A stretch of 64,000 nucleotides of DNA from Candidatus Latescibacterota bacterium (GCA_963422735.1 OY730476.1:2016001-2080000); one strand, 5' to 3'; positions 23,557 through 33,543 are shown, numbered from the stretch's first letter. Notes: generated by a model not told the origin, from the sequence alone. Made by a program: numbers and translations.

Positions 23557-23922
23557 ATGCCCAGCGACGCGCTTCGCCTGCGCAATATGCGCTTTTTTGC
23601 CTACCACGGGTTTTTCCCCGAAGAGACCGCACTCGGTCAGCACTACGAAGTCGACGTCGAACTCTACGGCGATTTTCGCCAAGCAGGACGCAACGACGAT
23701 ATTGACGCAGCGATTAACTATCCGGAGGTGTACGCGCTGGTGGCCGAGCAAGTCACCGGCTCGCCCTGTAAATTGGTCGAAACCCTCGCCGAGCGCATCG
23801 CCGAGAAGGTGGGTACCCACTGCGCCCCGGTCGAACTCATCGTCCGCGTACGCAAACCCAACCCCCCGGTCGCCGCGCACTTTGACGGCATCGAAATCGA
23901 AATACACCGTTCCTATGCCTGA
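23557..23922 (+). CDS. folB: Dihydroneopterin aldolase
   Basis: FFAYHG..PEE..LGQ, INYPEVY, LVETLAE, KPNPP. Confidence 0.93.
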   Translation: MPSDALRLRNMRFFAYHGFFPEETALGQHYEVDVELYGDFRQAGRNDDIDAAINYPEVYALVAEQVTGSPCKLVETLAERIAEKVGTHCAPVELIVRVRKPNPPVAAHFDGIEIEIHRSYA

Positions 23923-24427
23923 GCGAGCCTATATAGCCATCGGCAGCAACCTCGGCGACCGTCGGGCGTACCTCGAAGCCGGGATCAGGGAAGTAGCCGC
24001 GCTCCCCGGCACGCGCCTCGCGGCGACCTCCCGCGCCTACGAAACCCGGCCGCTGGGGCCGGTCGCGCAACCGGATTTCCTCAACGCTGTCTTTGCTATA
24101 GAAACTTCGCTCACCCCCGAGCCGCTGCTAGCAGCCCTGCTCGCCGCAGAAAAAAAACACCAGCGGCAACGCCACATTCACTGGGGGCCGCGCACTCTCG
24201 ATCTCGACCTTCTCCTCTATGGAGAGCGCATCGTCGAAAGCGCGGATCTGACCCTGCCGCATCCGCGCATGAACGAGCGCCGCTTCGTGCTAGTGCCCCT
24301 CTGCGAAATCGCCCCTGACCTGCACCATCCCATCACCAGCCTACCCTTCGCTACCCACCTCGCCGCACTCGCTGACGGCGGGGACGCCCGCACCGTCGGC
24401 CCTCTCACCCTCCCCACCATTCCATGA
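23915..24427 (+). CDS. folK: 2-amino-4-hydroxy-6-hydroxymethyldihydropteridine diphosphokinase
   Basis: IGSNLGDR, QPDFLN, WGPRTLDLDLL, LPHP, RFVLVPL. Confidence 0.95.
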   Translation: MPERAYIAIGSNLGDRRAYLEAGIREVAALPGTRLAATSRAYETRPLGPVAQPDFLNAVFAIETSLTPEPLLAALLAAEKKHQRQRHIHWGPRTLDLDLLLYGERIVESADLTLPHPRMNERRFVLVPLCEIAPDLHHPITSLPFATHLAALADGGDARTVGPLTLPTIP

Positions 24428-25278
24428 AACGCATACACACAGTCGCGGAAATGCAGGCTCAGTCCGACGCTTGGCGCGGCGCGGATTTGTGCATCGGGCT
24501 GGTGCCGACGATGGGGTTTTTGCACGAGGGGCATCTCAGCTTGGTCGATCACAGCCTTGAAGCCGCGGCTCGCACGGTCGTCAGTATCTTCGTCAATCCG
24601 CTGCAATTCGGACCGAAAGAAGACTACGCCATCTATCCGCGCGACATGGAGCGCGACCTCGACCTGCTGTCTCGCCGCGGGGTCGATGCGGTCTTCCACC
24701 CGCGGACAGCGGAATTCTATCCCTCCGATTTCTCGACCTTCGTCGAGGTCGAAGAGCTAACCAAGGGCCTGTGCGGCCCTTTTCGCCCCGGGCACTTCCG
24801 CGGCGTCACCACCGTAGTGACCAAGCTATTCACCGCTGTCAAACCGCACCTAGCCGTCTTCGGCCAGAAAGACTACCAGCAGGCGACCGTCATTCGCCGG
24901 TTAGTGCGCGATTTGAATTTGGATTTGCGCATCGAGGTCGCTCCCACCATGCGCGAGGCAGACGGCTTGGCCATGAGCTCGCGCAACATTCTTCTCAGCG
25001 CAGAGGACAGACAGCGTGCATCGGCCCTCTGCGAAGCGCTCACAATGGGCCGAGAACGGGTCGAACAGGGAGAGCGCGACGCCAGCCGGATCATAGCCGA
25101 GATGCGGGCGCATATCGAGCGCGCGCTCAGCCCGCGCATTGACTACATTTCTATCGCCCACCCGGACACGCTCGAAAGAGTGGCCCATATCACCGGCCCG
25201 GTCGTCCTTGCACTAGCCGTGCGCCTGTCCAACGTCCGGCTGATTGACAACATCGTCGCCGCGCCGATCGGCCACTAA
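24424..25278 (+). CDS. panC: Pantoate-beta-alanine ligase
   Basis: PTMGFLHEGH, FVNPLQF, RPGHFRGV, FGQKDYQQ, GLAMSSRN, RLIDN. Confidence 0.97.
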   Translation: MKRIHTVAEMQAQSDAWRGADLCIGLVPTMGFLHEGHLSLVDHSLEAAARTVVSIFVNPLQFGPKEDYAIYPRDMERDLDLLSRRGVDAVFHPRTAEFYPSDFSTFVEVEELTKGLCGPFRPGHFRGVTTVVTKLFTAVKPHLAVFGQKDYQQATVIRRLVRDLNLDLRIEVAPTMREADGLAMSSRNILLSAEDRQRASALCEALTMGRERVEQGERDASRIIAEMRAHIERALSPRIDYISIAHPDTLERVAHITGPVVLALAVRLSNVRLIDNIVAAPIGH

Positions 25279-25312
25279 GTAGCCCACTCTCTTAAAGGGA
25301 GGACAAAACGCA

Positions 25313-25946
25313 ATGGCTTCGAATATCGCCAAAGTGGATAAGCGATTCTTGTGCCCTGGGTCGCCCCCGATGGCCTATAGGTCATCGGCCAAGGCGATCA
25401 CAAAGTGTACAAGTTGGATTATGAAACCGGCGAAACCTTGTTCGCAGCCCAGACCAATACGGTCCACGCCAGCGGCATTACCGCGGGGGGCGGGTATCTG
25501 TGGATCGCCTCTACCTATGAACCCAAAATCGCCAAACTAGAACTGGCAACGGGCCGCACCATCGCCAAATACGACTCGCCCGGTACCGGCATCGCAGCGC
25601 CTCGAGAGGGTATCGCAGACGCACACCCCACCGGCTCCCACGGCTTGGAATGGAAAGACGGCAAGCTGTATGTGGCCACGCCGCCCTCCCAAATGGTCCA
25701 CGTCATAAACCCCGACATCTCGGAAGAAGAACGCCAATTTCGCACCCCCGGCATCGCTTGGGGCCGAACGACAGGTTGTTGGTGGCCGGCACCGTCAGTC
25801 TGCTCGACACCAAGGATGGGCGAGTCTATGACGTCATCCGGGTGGCCGCCCCCGATGAGGTACACGGATTGACCGCGCACCAAGGCGTCTTGTGGTACTG
25901 CGACGCCCATACCCGCGACATTGGCACCCTAGAGTTGGAGGATTGA
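25313..25946 (+). pseudogene. Degraded beta-propeller-repeat protein gene
   Basis: GGAGG RBS and ATG; protein-like sequence runs across three frames (SGITAGGGYLW, SHGLEWKDGKLYV, VHGLTAHQGVLWYCD) with frameshifts near 25368 and 25765 and an in-frame TAG at 25378-25380. Confidence 0.7.
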
Positions 25947-26016
25947 GTTCCCCGGACATCGTAGATGGTCAGGCGCACCGGGGCCGGCGCATGTATCTGA
26001 TAGGGAATCCTCTTAC

Positions 26017-26150
26017 TACACGACAGTAATCCAATGGCCGTTACGCATGGGCTTCTTGCGCTGCGCTCAGCGCGACCTTGGGAAGCAGCGCACCAGCTCT
26101 TGTTATGCTGAGCAGAGCGCAGCAGCTCATACCCCTTCTACTGTCGTGTA
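26017..26150. repeat. MITE/REPIN-like nested inverted repeat
   Basis: Perfect 12-bp IR TACACGACAGTA / TACTGTCGTGTA enclosing the imperfect pair GCTGCGCTCAGCGCGAC / GTTATGCTGAGCAGAGCGCAGC. Confidence 0.65.
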
Positions 26151-26170
26151 CTTAACGGTTAGTCCAACCT

Positions 26171-27760
26171 TCACCGGACCAGCATCAACCGGCGCGTCCG
26201 CGTCTCTCCACCCGCCTTCAACACGGCCCAATACGCCCCGCTGGCCGCGCGTTCACCGCTCCAGCGCGCCAAGTGCTTCCCGGCCGCGAGCCGCTCCGCC
26301 ACCAAAAGGGCCGTGCGCTGGCCCAAAGCATTGTATATCGCCAGTTCGATGTCCGCTTCCCTTGCCAAGCGAAAGGGTAGGTTCACCGCGCTATTGGCCG
26401 GGTTCGGATACGCCGGTGCCAAGTCACTGGCCCCGGCCCGCTCCTCGGCCTGCATGGCTACAACCGTGGGTGTAACATACCGGGCCGCGAGGACAAAATT
26501 TCCGCCCGTCGGCGAGGCTCTGCCGACGATAACCGTTGCGCTATCTACGTCCGTGGCCTGCACCTGCCCTGCGTTGTCCTCGCTAAGTTCCATCGCTACC
26601 AGCTCGCCGTGCTGGCCGCGCATGGCGTACACCCACACGGCATAGTGCCCCTCGGCCGCCCCGACGAAATCAACGGCTACATCGCCTTCCGAGCGAATGA
26701 TCACATTAGCCGCGCCCCATTGATCTCTGACCTCGCCAGCCAGTGCCGCGAAGGGGATCTCGGGCGCGGCAATCGCGGCTGCACGGCGGCCGCGCAGGGC
26801 CTCGTACCCAGCCGCATAGTTGGCCGCGATCCACAAGCGCCAAGCACCCGCGTAGTTCTCGATCCAGTCTTGACTTTTGAAAGCGTCGTCAATGCCCAAA
26901 ATGCCGTTGCGCGGCTCGGCGACGATTTGGCGAATCAGCCCCGGGCCATAGCGCTCGGCCAAAAATGAGGCGAACAAATAGGTCTTGCCGTAGCTTGCTG
27001 ACTCAAACGTCCAACTCGTTAGATTGCGGCTGGGATCCTCAAGAAAACTCGGCACCATGCGTGGATTGGCTTCGGGGAAACCCACCAACTCTTCGGCGTA
27101 TCCAGAAAGCCCTTCGTCAATCCATGCCTCCTCGTCGGAATCGCGGCCCCAGTGAATCAGGTGCTGGAATTCGTGCGCTAAAGTCGCGTGAGCGAGATAG
27201 GCACTGAAGACCAGCTTGTGCGCGTCGAGGTAAATCGTATCGCGCCGCAAGTCGGGCTGCGATACCCGGTCATACAGCGTACCGTCAAAATAGCCGACTA
27301 TCTCCTCGCCGGGCAGGTCCAAAATCAGGATAAAGATGCGGGGATCGCCGTCCTCATCAACAGGCTCGCCAAAGGCATCAACCGCTATTTCAAATATCCC
27401 GCGCTCGGGATCGGCCGGGGTCTCCGCGTCGAAAAGCGTACCCAGCTTATCCACATCCTCCTGGGCCGCTTTAATGTCCCACTGGCTCTCCTCGACGAAG
27501 ATATAGCAATGCGTCCCCTTGTAGCGGCAGGTGGCCCACTTGAGCACGGGTTCGGTCGGAGCGTAAAAGGCGAGTTGGGTCCCCACTTCAATGGGGCCCA
27601 GTTCTTGACTTGCCCCGACTGCCTTGGCGGCCGGCGTGGGGAAGGACACGCGGTGCTGATCGAGCCAACGCGTCCCGCAGATCCGCCCTTCGGCTGCGGC
27701 CGCCAACGGCAACGAGAGCATCCACGTGGCCAAGGCCACCCGCGAGAAAAAGCAGGCCAT
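26171..27760 (-). CDS. Secreted zinc metalloprotease (M30/M6-like) with T9SS type A C-terminal domain
   Basis: Signal peptide; ICGT pro-motif; AHEFQHLIH...WIDEGLS; C-terminal YPNP...IYNALGQ...SGAYW...RRLMLVR; TGATG coupling to upstream gene. Confidence 0.82.
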   Translation of the reverse strand: MACFFSRVALATWMLSLPLAAAAEGRICGTRWLDQHRVSFPTPAAKAVGASQELGPIEVGTQLAFYAPTEPVLKWATCRYKGTHCYIFVEESQWDIKAAQEDVDKLGTLFDAETPADPERGIFEIAVDAFGEPVDEDGDPRIFILILDLPGEEIVGYFDGTLYDRVSQPDLRRDTIYLDAHKLVFSAYLAHATLAHEFQHLIHWGRDSDEEAWIDEGLSGYAEELVGFPEANPRMVPSFLEDPSRNLTSWTFESASYGKTYLFASFLAERYGPGLIRQIVAEPRNGILGIDDAFKSQDWIENYAGAWRLWIAANYAAGYEALRGRRAAAIAAPEIPFAALAGEVRDQWGAANVIIRSEGDVAVDFVGAAEGHYAVWVYAMRGQHGELVAMELSEDNAGQVQATDVDSATVIVGRASPTGGNFVLAARYVTPTVVAMQAEERAGASDLAPAYPNPANSAVNLPFRLAREADIELAIYNALGQRTALLVAERLAAGKHLARWSGERAASGAYWAVLKAGGETRTRRLMLVR

Positions 27761-28365
27761 CAGTAGAAATGCCGCACGAGGAAGAAAGCCGCTCCCGCAG
27801 GACCCACCACCACCTTGGGCGCGAAGCTGGTCTGAGCTTGATCCGCGCCAGCCACCCGCGCCGCATGGATAGCGGCCACGAGGTGATTGACAATTACCAA
27901 CCCCGTCATATAGAGCGCCTGCCGATGCGCGTGCTGGCTCGCATTGCGCAAACCTCGATAGCGCTGGCGCGACTCGCCGCGATCCCATTCCCAGAAGAAG
28001 TCCGCGTCCACAGGATATAGCTCTGCCTCTGGGCCGTCCTCGTAGCGGGCAAACTGGTTGTGCTCCAGCCGGCTCGCATAAAACCCCAAGTCGTCGAAAT
28101 ACTCGCGCCCCTTGCCCTCTGGCCGCGCACCCGCGCGTTCCGCCGCATGCGCCCGGTACTGATCGCGGCGCACTTGGCCCAGCCACTCAAAGCCCCAATA
28201 TCCGCCCCAAAGCGCCAACTCAGCGGCCAAAAAGCCACCGCCGCCGCTTTGGGCGTATTTCTGCCCCCAACCGGGCACCAGCAAGGAGCGCCAAAATGCC
28301 CCTTGGGCCTTCCCGGCCTCAGCCACGCCGGGCAGTAGCAAAACTAACGCAATCCATCGCCACAT
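27760..28365 (-). CDS. DUF5683-like exported/membrane protein
   Basis: Signal peptide; AFWRSLLVPGWGQ.Y; C-terminal NHLVAAIHAA. Confidence 0.7.
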   Translation of the reverse strand: MWRWIALVLLLPGVAEAGKAQGAFWRSLLVPGWGQKYAQSGGGGFLAAELALWGGYWGFEWLGQVRRDQYRAHAAERAGARPEGKGREYFDDLGFYASRLEHNQFARYEDGPEAELYPVDADFFWEWDRGESRQRYRGLRNASQHAHRQALYMTGLVIVNHLVAAIHAARVAGADQAQTSFAPKVVVGPAGAAFFLVRHFY

Positions 28366-28369
28366 CGGC

Positions 28370-29308
28370 TCAATCCAATGGCTTGTACGCCACGAGCATG
28401 GGCACGCGCGCCCGCACCCAAGGCTGCATGACCAACGCAAAGCGCGTCCGCCGCCGCAGGGCTGCTTCGTCTGCGCCCGCAGCGCGTACGCGCGCCACCC
28501 GCGCTGCATCAATGGCACTGATAACGTGGTTTATTAGAATGACTCCGCTTACCGTGGAGGCTCGCTTGAGAAAGCGATTGCTCTCGTCGCGTTGGTCTTC
28601 GTAACGGGGTCGTCGCGCGGAATGGAAATTTTCGACTGAATCGACTTCAGTAGGCTTGGCGGGATTGCCAGTACTGCGCCTCACTAGATCGGTCCAACCG
28701 GCTGCGAATTGGTCATATTTGCCAATCAACTCGTAGTATTGCTGGATCTGGCTCGGCGCACATTCGCCAAAAGCCGCACTACCCAGCCCACTTGATTTCT
28801 GCTGCTGCATCCACTCGTTTCGCGCCGGAATGTACACTTCGACGACTTGGCTGACTTGGCTACTACACGGCAACGCATGCGTGATTGACGAATTGTTCGA
28901 AATCGCCGAGCCTCGCCAAGCCAAATAGTTGTGCGGATTCCAGTGTTCGTCGGCTACTGCCCGGAACTCTTCCTCCACGTCGTTGCCCTTGCCCTTCCAA
29001 GCCACCCATAAGCCCACCAGTGCGGCTTCGGCCCCTAAGAACACCAACCCCCGCTTCTTCGACCCCGCATACCACTCGCCCAACCCCGGTACCAGCGCGG
29101 AAAGCAAAAACGCCCGCTTTGACGACTTGCCCTTGTGCGCCTCTGTGCGCGGCATCGGTGCCGGCTCAGGATCAGCACCACCTTCCACCGCCTGCAATCC
29201 CACCAAGAACGCCTGCCCCTCTTCACTCAAAATACTCGGCAATCCCTCAGCCCAGACGCTGGCGGCGGTTAGCGCGGCAACCAGCAGCGCGAGCCCTGTC
29301 CTCGTCAT
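28370..29308 (-). CDS. DUF5683-like exported/membrane protein (paralogue)
   Basis: Signal peptide; KRAFLLSALVPGLGEWY; NHVISAIDAA; AGGAG RBS. Confidence 0.72.
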   Translation of the reverse strand: MTRTGLALLVAALTAASVWAEGLPSILSEEGQAFLVGLQAVEGGADPEPAPMPRTEAHKGKSSKRAFLLSALVPGLGEWYAGSKKRGLVFLGAEAALVGLWVAWKGKGNDVEEEFRAVADEHWNPHNYLAWRGSAISNNSSITHALPCSSQVSQVVEVYIPARNEWMQQQKSSGLGSAAFGECAPSQIQQYYELIGKYDQFAAGWTDLVRRSTGNPAKPTEVDSVENFHSARRPRYEDQRDESNRFLKRASTVSGVILINHVISAIDAARVARVRAAGADEAALRRRTRFALVMQPWVRARVPMLVAYKPLD

Positions 29309-29391
29309 AAGAATCTCCTTTCTATTGCGGCAGCGCCCAACAGCGCGACCGGCTATTACACTCTAGTTGCCTTCACATTCGAGATGATTTC

Positions 29392-30270
29392 TCAACACAT
29401 TAGGGAAAGCGAGCGGGGAAGCGACTTGCCGTGACTTTTTTCGCCGGTTTTCCCGTTGTAGCTCGCCATGTACGAAAGCCCCTGGTCGTTCATGGCTTGC
29501 AGCGCGTCTGAGAACTCATCATAGCTCCCTGTGATCTCTCGTAAAGGACGTACCCTGATAGGGCGGGTCCAAGTAAATGAGGTCCTCTTTCGCAGCCTCT
29601 GCGACCACCTTGCGAAAAGCGACGTTTTTCCGGCGAGCAGCGAGTGCGCGGTGCGCTGCTTGGAGGTCCAGAACTCATTGACGAATACGGGGATGCCGTC
29701 GCATTCTTCGACGACCGTCTCCTTGTCGTAGCACCGCCATTGTTCAAGCTCGCGTTTGAACTCGTCGAGGGTCAGGCGATCACTATCGGTGAAAGGGAGT
29801 TGGCGTTCCCAGCAATTTGAGTGTTTTAGATCGATATACAGTATAGTTCCAGCGCCGAGCATTCCCCGTTCATACCAATAGCGAACAGTCGGCTCGAAGA
29901 TCTTCCATACGGGTATCTTGGAGAATTTCTCGACATCGCCGACGAATTAGCCTTCGATTTCGGACAACTTGGCCATGAAACCATCTTCGTCGAACTTACG
30001 ACCTGAACCGACCATGTAGCTGGGACAGAAATATATCTTGCTCGTTATGGATCGCACTCCCCACTTGTGACCATCTCCGTCGAGCAATCAAAACCCGCAC
30101 CTTCGCTTGGCGATAGCGTTCCTTGCAGATACGTCGTTCAAGAATGAATGAAACGTGATGTCGTCGATGAAGTATTTCCGTACTTCGCTTTGGGTAAGGT
30201 GCAAGGATTGGGCGACATTCTCCAAGTCCCACCCCAGACACCTACTTGCTCAATCTCGATCGTGCGAATT
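29392..30270 (-). pseudogene. Decayed restriction-modification islet (endonuclease-like and two methyltransferase fragments)
   Basis: Lower GC; EDLIYLDPPYQG (DPPY at 29558-29569); VFVNEFWTSKQRTAHSL; LLDGDGHKWGVRSITSKIYFCPSYMVGSGRKFDEDGF with in-frame TAA at 29947-29949 and frameshifts. Confidence 0.65.
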
Positions 30271-30297
30271 CCTCCGATCCTATACAACAGTGCATCC

Positions 30298-33200
30298 CTA
30301 CAAATACCCGAACAACACGGTAAAATACGATTTCCAACGCCCCTTATCTCGCACCTCGTCAATCCCGTAAGCCACATCCACCTGTACCCGCGCCGGCACA
30401 CTGTAATAAGAAATCAAATCAAAACGCAACTGCCCCCCCACATCCCGCAGCGGGCCGTCGCGTCCATACCGTTCGTTCCACTCGCCTATATCTCGGTCCC
30501 AAGCCTTGCCCATGCTAGCGTACACCGCGCCATACACTTTGTCGAAATATAGCTGTGCAACGCGCTTGCCCATATCCGGTAGCAGGGGAAAGCGCAGCGT
30601 CGCCGTACCCATCAGGGCCTTGCGCCCCTCAGTGCTGTAAAAAGTATAGCCCTTCATAAAACTGAGGCCGCCGAGGCGGTAGTCGAAGAAATCGCCGACC
30701 CGCGTCGTGTCGTTCACCGCGTCGCTGTCGATCCAGCCGCCGTACAGCCGTAGGCCCAAGCGGGTATTGCCGGGCATGCCGATGTACTCTTTCCAATCGA
30801 CGGTAAATTGGTTGTAAAAGAGCTTGATATACTCCTCGTCGATAAAGGACGCCTGCTCGTTAAAGCCATCTAGAAAAAAGTTGAACATCCGGTCATAGCG
30901 CGCGTAGAGCTGGCGGCCCACAGGGCTTATATCGCGGTCACGCCGCCGCGCAATCAGCTCCATCCGATAGGCCAACCCCAAGCCAAAGCCATTGAGATAG
31001 GTATAGCCAAAGGGCCTTTGCCGCTGGCGCTCAAAGCCGATGCCGCCGTCTCGGCGCGGCATAAAAGCCTCCCATTGGACACTGGCATCGTAGCGGTCGT
31101 ACGTGGCCGAGGCCGTCAGCTCCCCATGGCGTCCCAACTTGCCGCGCACCCCCACGCCGAGCTGGCTCAAGCTGTAGTTGACGGCGTTGACAATGCCCGC
31201 CCGCGCCTCCGTGCTATCGCCGCGGGCCGAGCGCCGACGCTGGTTGAATACCTCTAAAAAGAAAGTGGGACGGAATCCCTTGAACTCGTATATAGCGAAC
31301 AGATCGCGGTCGGCATTGGCCGGCGCGATGGCACCCCCGGCGAATACGCTCTGGCGATTGAGCACATCGCCAGAGGTGAGGTACGCGCCCGCTTTGAAAT
31401 GCCCTTCATCTATGGCCAGCCTCGGCAGGATCCCGGTCTTGAGAAAGTCAATGCCATACGCTTGGGGCGCACTTGGCAAAGCGGGTGCAGACGCGCCGCG
31501 CCAATCCAGCGGCATGTCTTGAAAAAACCACGCATCTTCAGCCGCCACCGGCGTCCCCTCGTCCTGTAATCGGCGAATCTCAAAGCCAGCCGCCGTATAA
31601 GCCGCAAAGACGACCTCGCCCTCCGGGCCAACCGACGGGTTGAACGCGCCACCGATGGTGTTGGTTAGCTGCCGCAGCGCGAGCGTTTCCAAGCTCAGAG
31701 CATAGATATTGAAAATGCCGCTGAAATCCGACGCGAAGACAATCTCCTCGCCATCCGCGCTCCACGCTGGGTCGCGGTCTGTGCCGGGCGTAGCAATTAC
31801 CCGCCCGGTCCGTAGGGGCAACCCTTGTGGTTGCCCTATTGGATCACCAGCCCAATCGCCATCAGTCCCCAATTCCACCACGGCGATGTCGCGCTGTCCC
31901 TCGCGCGAGATCGCAAACGCCAGCTTGCGTCCGCCGGGCGAAAAGCGCGGCGTGTAGAGCTGGGTGCCGTCCGCGAAATGGGTTAGATAGCGCAGTCCCG
32001 TGCCGTCGGCCCGCATCAGCGCCAAGTTGTTGCTAGTACCCTCGTTTTGCACGAAAACAATCCATTCGCCATCGGGCGAATAGGCCGGGTACAGCGCGCG
32101 CATACCGCGCGTCAGCCGCTTGACGCGCGGCGTCTCCGGTGCCGTGCCGCTGACCATGGTTGGCACCAACCACAGCATACCGCGCCAAAAACTGGGGCCG
32201 GCGGCAGCGGAATTCCACTCGTAGATATCCGCTTGCCGCGAACCGTATTTGTCGGCCCGGTCAATGCGCGAAAAGAGCAGCTTGCGTCCATCCGGCGACC
32301 AATCCACGGTCGAAGCCGCCGCTGGGAAGGCTGCGACTTCCTCCTCGCCTGTAGCGAGGTCACGCACTACCAAGCCGTGCGGCCCGTGGTGCCGCTTGCG
32401 CGTCGATAGATACGCCAATTTCTCGCCGTTAGGTGCAACCTGCGGCCGCAGGTTGGAAAAGCCGACATCCACGATCTGCTCGCCCTCGCGCAGCGGCCCC
32501 AACGCCGCTACCTGTGCCCGATAGCCCTGCCGCAAGGACTCGATCCACTCGTCGTACAGCGCGTCCGCGCTCTTGCCCAAAACCTTTTTGTACGCCCCAT
32601 CAATGGCGAGGGTGTGCCACTGCGACGCGGCTTGGTACAGCGCGGCGATTTTTTCTTCGCCGTACGTCTCGGCGATGTAGCGCACCAAGCCAAAGCCGTG
32701 GTCGTACACGTATTCGTTGCCAAAGCCCTGCTTGCCAAAGACGCCCATCTGGTCGAAGGATAGCTGCTCATCTGCAAGCACTAAGGATCGGAGCACCATG
32801 TCGCGATTGGCGTCCCAGCGGTCGTGAGCCGTAGTCGCAGTCCCGTACTGGGCCGCGCCCTCGGCCAGCCACATCGGCACCACCGTGCCCATCACCGGAT
32901 AAGAAGCGATGACGTCTGGATAGCCAATGAGAATGTCCGGCCGATTCTTCTCCCTCTGGTAGCCAAAGTACTGCAAGTAGAGCGCGGGGACGCGCTGCAC
33001 GCCTTTGCGCGCAGCACCCAGCGAAACGATGTGGGCAAATTCGTGGGTTATTACGTTGCGCAGCCAGTCTGAACTGCCGCGCAAGTCGAAGTCGTGGTCG
33101 AGCGACGTGGCCCAAATCTCAATGGTGTCTTGATAGAAAAAAGCCGCGCCATTGGCGTAATCGTCGTGGTCTTTGAGCACGATCCGCACGCGCCCGTCGG

Positions 33201-33426
33201 GTGCGTACCCATACAGTTCGGTAATAGGTGCGTACGCGGCTTCGGCAATGTGCGCGGCCCGCGCCGCCGCCCTCTCTAGCCCCTCGTGGTAAAAAATGCG
33301 GAAGTGCTCGGTCTCTACCACCTGCCACGCCAGCTCCGGGTGGTTTTGGGCGAGGGATGAGCTCGCCCAGCTAATCAGCAAACAAAATGCACACAGGCCG
33401 GCCAGCAGAGTCGTCAGTTTCCCCAT
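30298..33426 (-). CDS. Outer-membrane protein: gluzincin (peptidase MA-like) domain + PD40/TolB-like propeller + Omp85/BamA-like barrel
   Basis: Signal peptide; THEFAH...WLAEG; repeated WSPDG/YSPDG/FSPGG/WSADG; C-terminal amphipathic strands, LGGLSFMKGY loop, ending YFTVLFGYL. Confidence 0.8.
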   Translation of the reverse strand: MGKLTTLLAGLCAFCLLISWASSSLAQNHPELAWQVVETEHFRIFYHEGLERAAARAAHIAEAAYAPITELYGYAPDGRVRIVLKDHDDYANGAAFFYQDTIEIWATSLDHDFDLRGSSDWLRNVITHEFAHIVSLGAARKGVQRVPALYLQYFGYQREKNRPDILIGYPDVIASYPVMGTVVPMWLAEGAAQYGTATTAHDRWDANRDMVLRSLVLADEQLSFDQMGVFGKQGFGNEYVYDHGFGLVRYIAETYGEEKIAALYQAASQWHTLAIDGAYKKVLGKSADALYDEWIESLRQGYRAQVAALGPLREGEQIVDVGFSNLRPQVAPNGEKLAYLSTRKRHHGPHGLVVRDLATGEEEVAAFPAAASTVDWSPDGRKLLFSRIDRADKYGSRQADIYEWNSAAAGPSFWRGMLWLVPTMVSGTAPETPRVKRLTRGMRALYPAYSPDGEWIVFVQNEGTSNNLALMRADGTGLRYLTHFADGTQLYTPRFSPGGRKLAFAISREGQRDIAVVELGTDGDWAGDPIGQPQGLPLRTGRVIATPGTDRDPAWSADGEEIVFASDFSGIFNIYALSLETLALRQLTNTIGGAFNPSVGPEGEVVFAAYTAAGFEIRRLQDEGTPVAAEDAWFFQDMPLDWRGASAPALPSAPQAYGIDFLKTGILPRLAIDEGHFKAGAYLTSGDVLNRQSVFAGGAIAPANADRDLFAIYEFKGFRPTFFLEVFNQRRRSARGDSTEARAGIVNAVNYSLSQLGVGVRGKLGRHGELTASATYDRYDASVQWEAFMPRRDGGIGFERQRQRPFGYTYLNGFGLGLAYRMELIARRRDRDISPVGRQLYARYDRMFNFFLDGFNEQASFIDEEYIKLFYNQFTVDWKEYIGMPGNTRLGLRLYGGWIDSDAVNDTTRVGDFFDYRLGGLSFMKGYTFYSTEGRKALMGTATLRFPLLPDMGKRVAQLYFDKVYGAVYASMGKAWDRDIGEWNERYGRDGPLRDVGGQLRFDLISYYSVPARVQVDVAYGIDEVRDKGRWKSYFTVLFGYL

Positions 33427-33525
33427 AGAAGAGTTCTCCTCAGCTCGGAATACAATGATGCCTCTGTTACTAAGGCGATCTCACTGCTGCAAAGGCACTC
33501 CCCTCGCAATACCCACTTGGCGACC
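33389..33525. repeat. Copy 1 of duplicated leader/signal-peptide segment
   Basis: Aligns with 37354-37504; 24-nt identical core ATCTCACTGCTGCAAAGGCACTCC. Confidence 0.9.
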
Positions 33526-33543
33526 AAGCAAAACGCCAACCCC

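Noticed and set aside
27761-28186. N-terminal extension of the 671-aa ORF
   Set aside because: Overlaps the real upstream gene; the signal peptide begins at ATG 27760
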